Shown: positions 60,759 through 64,000 of the stretch, in pieces
Numbering within the stretch: position 1 is the first letter of the stretch
How the letters are laid out: every line of letters starts with the position of its first letter
Source of the DNA: Methanomassiliicoccaceae archaeon
GTDB lineage: Archaea > Thermoplasmatota > Thermoplasmata > Methanomassiliicoccales > UBA472
Assembly: GCA_963806355.1 (NCBI GenBank)
Contig: CAWDXN010000004.1
Span: 145,273 to 209,272 of the forward strand
DNA length: 64,000 bases
Direction of reading: 5' to 3'
Notes under the pieces: model-generated
Told to the model about the DNA's origin: nothing
What the model saw: the letters and a program-made list of their open reading frames with translations, nothing else
Database searches by the model: none
Made by a program: the position numbers and the translations under genes

Positions 60759-62408
60759 TCAGGTCACCGATTCCTTGAGCCATTGATCGATCACCTTCTG
60801 AACGGACATGCCAGGGTTCAGCTCCCCGATCTTAGCCTCCAGCCCCGCCTGGCGTATGGAGTCCCGGCAGGACCCGGAGGCGTCGGACAATCTTAGCGTG
60901 GCCCCCAGGTCCTTCAATTCCATGTACAAGGTCTCGATGGTTTGTGTCGCGGAGAGGTCTAGATAGGGAGAGCTGCGTAGGCTGAGCACCACCAGCTTGA
61001 TGTTGCTCGATCGCCTGACCTGGGTAAGGACCTCCTGCCTCACCTTGGAGACGTTGGGGAACATCAATGGACCGTCCACCCGGAAGACCATCACACCGGT
61101 GATGGTCTCATTCTCGGGATTGCGGTCAAGGTCGGTGAACTCTTGGGTCCCCGGTATGCGACCAAGCTGCCTTATGCCAGGCTGGGAGATGCGGTAGAGC
61201 AGGTCGAGCATGGTCAGCGCCACACCGATGAAGATCCCCTCCAACAGTCCGAAGATCAGGACGCCCAGGATCGCCGCCACCGCGAAACCGAACTCCTTCT
61301 TGTCGAAGGCATAGACCCCCTGCAAGGACTTGATGTCGATGAGGGTGATCATGGCGGCGATGATGATCACCCCGATGACGACCCGAGGAAGGTTACTGAA
61401 GAAGGATGTGAAGAATAGCAGGACCAGTATGAGGACGATCGCCGCCACCGCACTGGAGAGTTGGCTCTTGGAGTTGTTCTCGTAGTTGATGGCCGTGTTC
61501 GAAGCGCTGCCGTTCAAGGGCATGCCTTGGAAGAAGCTCGCCGTCAAGTTGGCAGCGCCATATGCCGTGAACTCCTGGTTGTTATCGATCTCATACCCTC
61601 CCTTCTTGGCAAAGGTCTTGCTCACGGATATGCCTTCGATGTAGGTGATGAGGAATAGGCCCACAGCGATGGTCAAGAGAGCTGTTAACGACTGCCCGCC
61701 GGTATTCGGGACGACGAAATCGGGCAAGCCCTCGGGGATGGAGCCCACCACTTCTATCCCCCAATCCACGACGGGCAGGACCGTGGCCAGCGCCGTGGCC
61801 ACGATGATGAGCACGAAATTCCAAGGGATCCTTCTGTAATATCTTTTTCCGATAAAGATCAGGGCGAAGGCCATCAGGGCGATGGAGATGGTGGTGAGAC
61901 TGGCCTGGTCGATGTTTTTTATATAGAAAATGGCCACCTCGAAGAAATTTCCACTTGCCCCGCTTATGCCCAGGACCCTCCCCATCTGGAGATTGATAAC
62001 ATAAAGGGCCAACCCTATCTGGAAACCGATCAGCACGGTCTGGGAGATGAAATTGACGATGAATCCCAGCTTGACCACTCTGGCCATGAGGAGCATGAGA
62101 CCCGTGATGAAGGCGAGCATGGCCACGGCCGCTATGTACTGACTCTCGTCAGCGAAGACCAGACCCACCAGGCCGGCCCCTACCAGCGCCGCCGGTCCGG
62201 ACGATGGCACCACGATCAGATGCTTGGACGAGCCGAAGATGAAATAGGCGATCAGGGAGGCTACCGCGGCGTAAAGCCCATATTGGGTGGGCAGGCCGGC
62301 CAAGGTGGCCCAGCCCATGGCGGAGGGGATGACGACCGCCCCCACGGTCAGACCGGCCACAAAATCGATCCTCAGGTCCTTCCTTTCATATTTTGGGAGC
62401 CAATCCAA
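60759..62408 (-). CDS. SulP-family anion (sulfate) permease with C-terminal STAS domain
   Basis: Intact 549 aa. DFVAGLTVGAVVIPSAMGWA, YGLYAA, many TM segments, and a STAS-like end (VMVFRVDGPLMFPN...LVVLSL...LSDASG). Confidence 0.88.
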   Translation of the reverse strand: MDWLPKYERKDLRIDFVAGLTVGAVVIPSAMGWATLAGLPTQYGLYAAVASLIAYFIFGSSKHLIVVPSSGPAALVGAGLVGLVFADESQYIAAVAMLAFITGLMLLMARVVKLGFIVNFISQTVLIGFQIGLALYVINLQMGRVLGISGASGNFFEVAIFYIKNIDQASLTTISIALMAFALIFIGKRYYRRIPWNFVLIIVATALATVLPVVDWGIEVVGSIPEGLPDFVVPNTGGQSLTALLTIAVGLFLITYIEGISVSKTFAKKGGYEIDNNQEFTAYGAANLTASFFQGMPLNGSASNTAINYENNSKSQLSSAVAAIVLILVLLFFTSFFSNLPRVVIGVIIIAAMITLIDIKSLQGVYAFDKKEFGFAVAAILGVLIFGLLEGIFIGVALTMLDLLYRISQPGIRQLGRIPGTQEFTDLDRNPENETITGVMVFRVDGPLMFPNVSKVRQEVLTQVRRSSNIKLVVLSLRSSPYLDLSATQTIETLYMELKDLGATLRLSDASGSCRDSIRQAGLEAKIGELNPGMSVQKVIDQWLKESVT

Positions 62409-62724
62409 GACAGGGATGTTCGATTTGAGCCATCCTTTGACATCGATCTTCGTAAAGACACCCCCAATCCTCAGATCTGAACATGACCATTCAAGGACCT
62501 ATATTTGACCCGATTCCTAATCCTTCAATGTGATGATGATGTCCAAATAAGTATGTTCATCATGCATCCTGATAAAGAATCCCCTCCTTCATGGTCAGAT
62601 GAGCAACTGTCCATGTTGCCATCGAACGCTCAGTCATCTCTCTACGTGAAAAACTTATATTACGAACATGATTCACTTGACATTCCAGCTGTAAGCTGGT
62701 CAGAAGGGATAAGGAGTTGAGACG

Positions 62725-63339
62725 ATGGACGCTTTAAACAATATACCATTCATGCCTAACTCGAGGGGGCCGCCATGGCTCCCAGCGCCCGCCGCACAGG
62801 GAAGACAGCTCGCCTACTACGGCGTCCTGTTCGCCTTCATCATGTTTGTGGTCGGCATCATTTGGTTGATAATCGCAATGTTGTCCTGGTCGGTCTATCT
62901 GTACGGGTTCGTGCTGTGGATCATCATCGACATAATATTCTTCTTCCTGATCAAGTCCACAGTGTTCGACCAGATCGATCAAGGAAGGTTCCATGATGCC
63001 AATGTCATGTTCCTGCTCTGGAGCATCCTGATGTTGTTCGTCGGTCTGATCCCAGGCATCTTGATGATAATCGGTTGGATAAAGTTCCAGGAGGTCTTCC
63101 AGCCCCAGTATGCCCAGTACCAGGCCCAACCGGGTCAGGTCGGACCCCCACCGGCGCAGCAGCCGTCCCAGTACGCGCCCCCGCCACCGGCCCCGCCCCA
63201 ACAGGCCCCCCCACCCCCGCCCGCAGCTGAGCCCCAGCCGGCCCAGCAGCAGAAGGTGGACATGGTGAAGTGCAAGAAGTGCGGCGTTAACTACCCGGCC
63301 TTCATGCACCACTGCCCCAACTGCAACGAGCCGCGGTGA
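62725..63339 (+). CDS. membrane protein with Pro/Gln-rich linker and C-terminal zinc ribbon
   Basis: Intact 204 aa. Three or four TM segments, then QPQYAQYQAQPGQVGPPPAQQPSQYAPPPPAPPQQAPPPPP, then CKKCG...CPNCN. Confidence 0.6.
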   Translation: MDALNNIPFMPNSRGPPWLPAPAAQGRQLAYYGVLFAFIMFVVGIIWLIIAMLSWSVYLYGFVLWIIIDIIFFFLIKSTVFDQIDQGRFHDANVMFLLWSILMLFVGLIPGILMIIGWIKFQEVFQPQYAQYQAQPGQVGPPPAQQPSQYAPPPPAPPQQAPPPPPAAEPQPAQQQKVDMVKCKKCGVNYPAFMHHCPNCNEPR

Positions 63340-63372
63340 ACGAAGGACCTCCAAACCCCTTCCATCACTTTT

Positions 63373-63604
63373 CTATCTGTCCGGGAACACCACTTTCTGT
63401 CTGAAGACTATCCTCACGATCCTATGGTACGGGATGGTCGCCTCCCCGGTCGAGAAGAAGGAACGGCCCAGCTCGACGATGTCCTTGCCAGTGATGGTCA
63501 ATACGTCACCTGGCGCCCCGCGGTGCACATAGGTGATATAGAGTCTCGTCCAAGGCCTGGTGGTGCCACTTGATCTCGTTCAACACCTCCCGGGGATAGG
63601 TCAC
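63373..63604 (-). CDS. UPF0248/DUF504 (MJ1316-like) small protein; one apparent frameshift near 63535; GTG start
   Basis: TYPREVLNEIKWHHQALDETLY, then ITYVHRGAPGDVLTITGKDIVELGRSFFSTGEATIPYHRIVRIVFRQKVVFPDR with TAG 63373-63375. IPYHRI is the family hallmark as I recall it. Confidence 0.6.
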
Positions 63605-63666
63605 AACGTTCAGACCGTGTCCCGATTAAAAGTATTTTTATGGCATCAGGTACGATTGGTTCGACC

Positions 63667-64000
63667 ATGGAGCCGAGGTCGGTCGAGGGGCAGTTCGTGG
63701 ACGTCATCGAGGGCAAGGTCTATCCCGCCCGGGTCAGCTTTGCGGACGGAAGGGTCCTGGCAGTGGAAAGGTTGGACCAAGCGCCCGAGCATCACATCCT
63801 GCCCGGTTTCGTGGAAGCCCATATACACATCGAGTCCTCACAACTTTGCCCATCCAGATTCGCCGAGGCCGCCGTGCCACATGGCACCACCTCGGTCATC
63901 AACGACCCTCATGAGATATCCAACGTGCTGGGCATGACCGGTGTGCGGTACATGCTCGAGGACGCCAACGGGGTTCCGTTGCGCACATACTTCACCGCCC
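63667..64000 (+). CDS. ade: adenine deaminase, N-terminal part (3' end outside window)
   Basis: MEPRSVEGQFVDVIEGKVYPARVSFADGRVLAVERL...ILPGFVEAHIHIESSQLCPSRFAEAAVPHGTTSVINDPHEISNVLG. Amidohydrolase H-x-H and DPHE motifs of Ade. Confidence 0.8.
   Translation, partial: MEPRSVEGQFVDVIEGKVYPARVSFADGRVLAVERLDQAPEHHILPGFVEAHIHIESSQLCPSRFAEAAVPHGTTSVINDPHEISNVLGMTGVRYMLEDANGVPLRTYFTA

Noticed and set aside
62505-62720. 71-aa ORF (TTG start) upstream of the Pro-rich membrane protein gene
   Set aside because: It lies in an AT-rich intergenic spacer, has a non-ATG start, no motif and odd composition. It is more likely promoter DNA for the divergent SulP and membrane-protein genes.
1-64000. CRISPR arrays, IS elements, prophage genes or toxin-antitoxin pairs
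   Set aside because: No regularly spaced direct repeats, transposase or integrase motifs, capsid or terminase-like ORFs, or small paired TA-like genes were seen on either strand.
1-64000. Frame breaks explained by recoding (programmed frameshifting, or pyrrolysine/selenocysteine read-through)
   Set aside because: The interruptions are changes of reading frame rather than in-frame TAG/TGA codons. There are dozens of them in unrelated genes, with no shared slippery motif and some compensating pairs. That pattern fits indels, not recoding.

Overview
High-GC (about 60%) archaeal chromosome segment, almost entirely housekeeping genes. Archaeal markers: topoisomerase VI A/B, class I LysRS, Sec61-beta, NAC, four-subunit pyruvate:ferredoxin oxidoreductase, MptA/FolE2, an archaellin-like gene, an archaeal-type initiator tRNA, and TATA-like boxes about 30 nt upstream of the tRNAs. 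It resembles a Thermoplasmata/Methanomassiliicoccales-like euryarchaeon, but that is speculation. About 65 genes are called: aaRS genes (lysK, hisS, aspS), gatCAB, ppsA, porGDAB, glnA, glpABC, glmS plus a GlmU-like gene, an ABC-2 exporter, arcC, panD, RNase HI and HII, and two tRNAs (Asp-GTC, initiator Met-CAT). No CRISPR array, transposase or integrase was seen. The dominant feature is a large number of frame changes (roughly 60, counted by eye) inside clearly recognisable conserved genes. They are strongly clustered: top6A/B, ppsA and porA/B are shattered, while aspS, glnA, gatA, glpA, the FUSC-like gene and SulP are intact. This most likely reflects patchy assembly or consensus quality, so affected genes are given as merged spans with the frameshifts noted. 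Most interesting accessory content: (1) a two-gene unit encoding a TPD/CDIN1-like PD-(D/E)xK nuclease and a Cas4-like Fe-S nuclease with four inserted transmembrane helices; (2) two tandem orphan Csa3-like CARF-wHTH regulators next to tRNA-Asp, with palindromes upstream; (3) a KaiC-like ATPase pair with degenerate P-loops; (4) a CBS-ParB fusion; (5) a lower-GC block at 19.3-24.3 kb; (6) a bacterial-type AspRS convergent with gatCAB. All family assignments come from motif recognition by eye, with no searches run.
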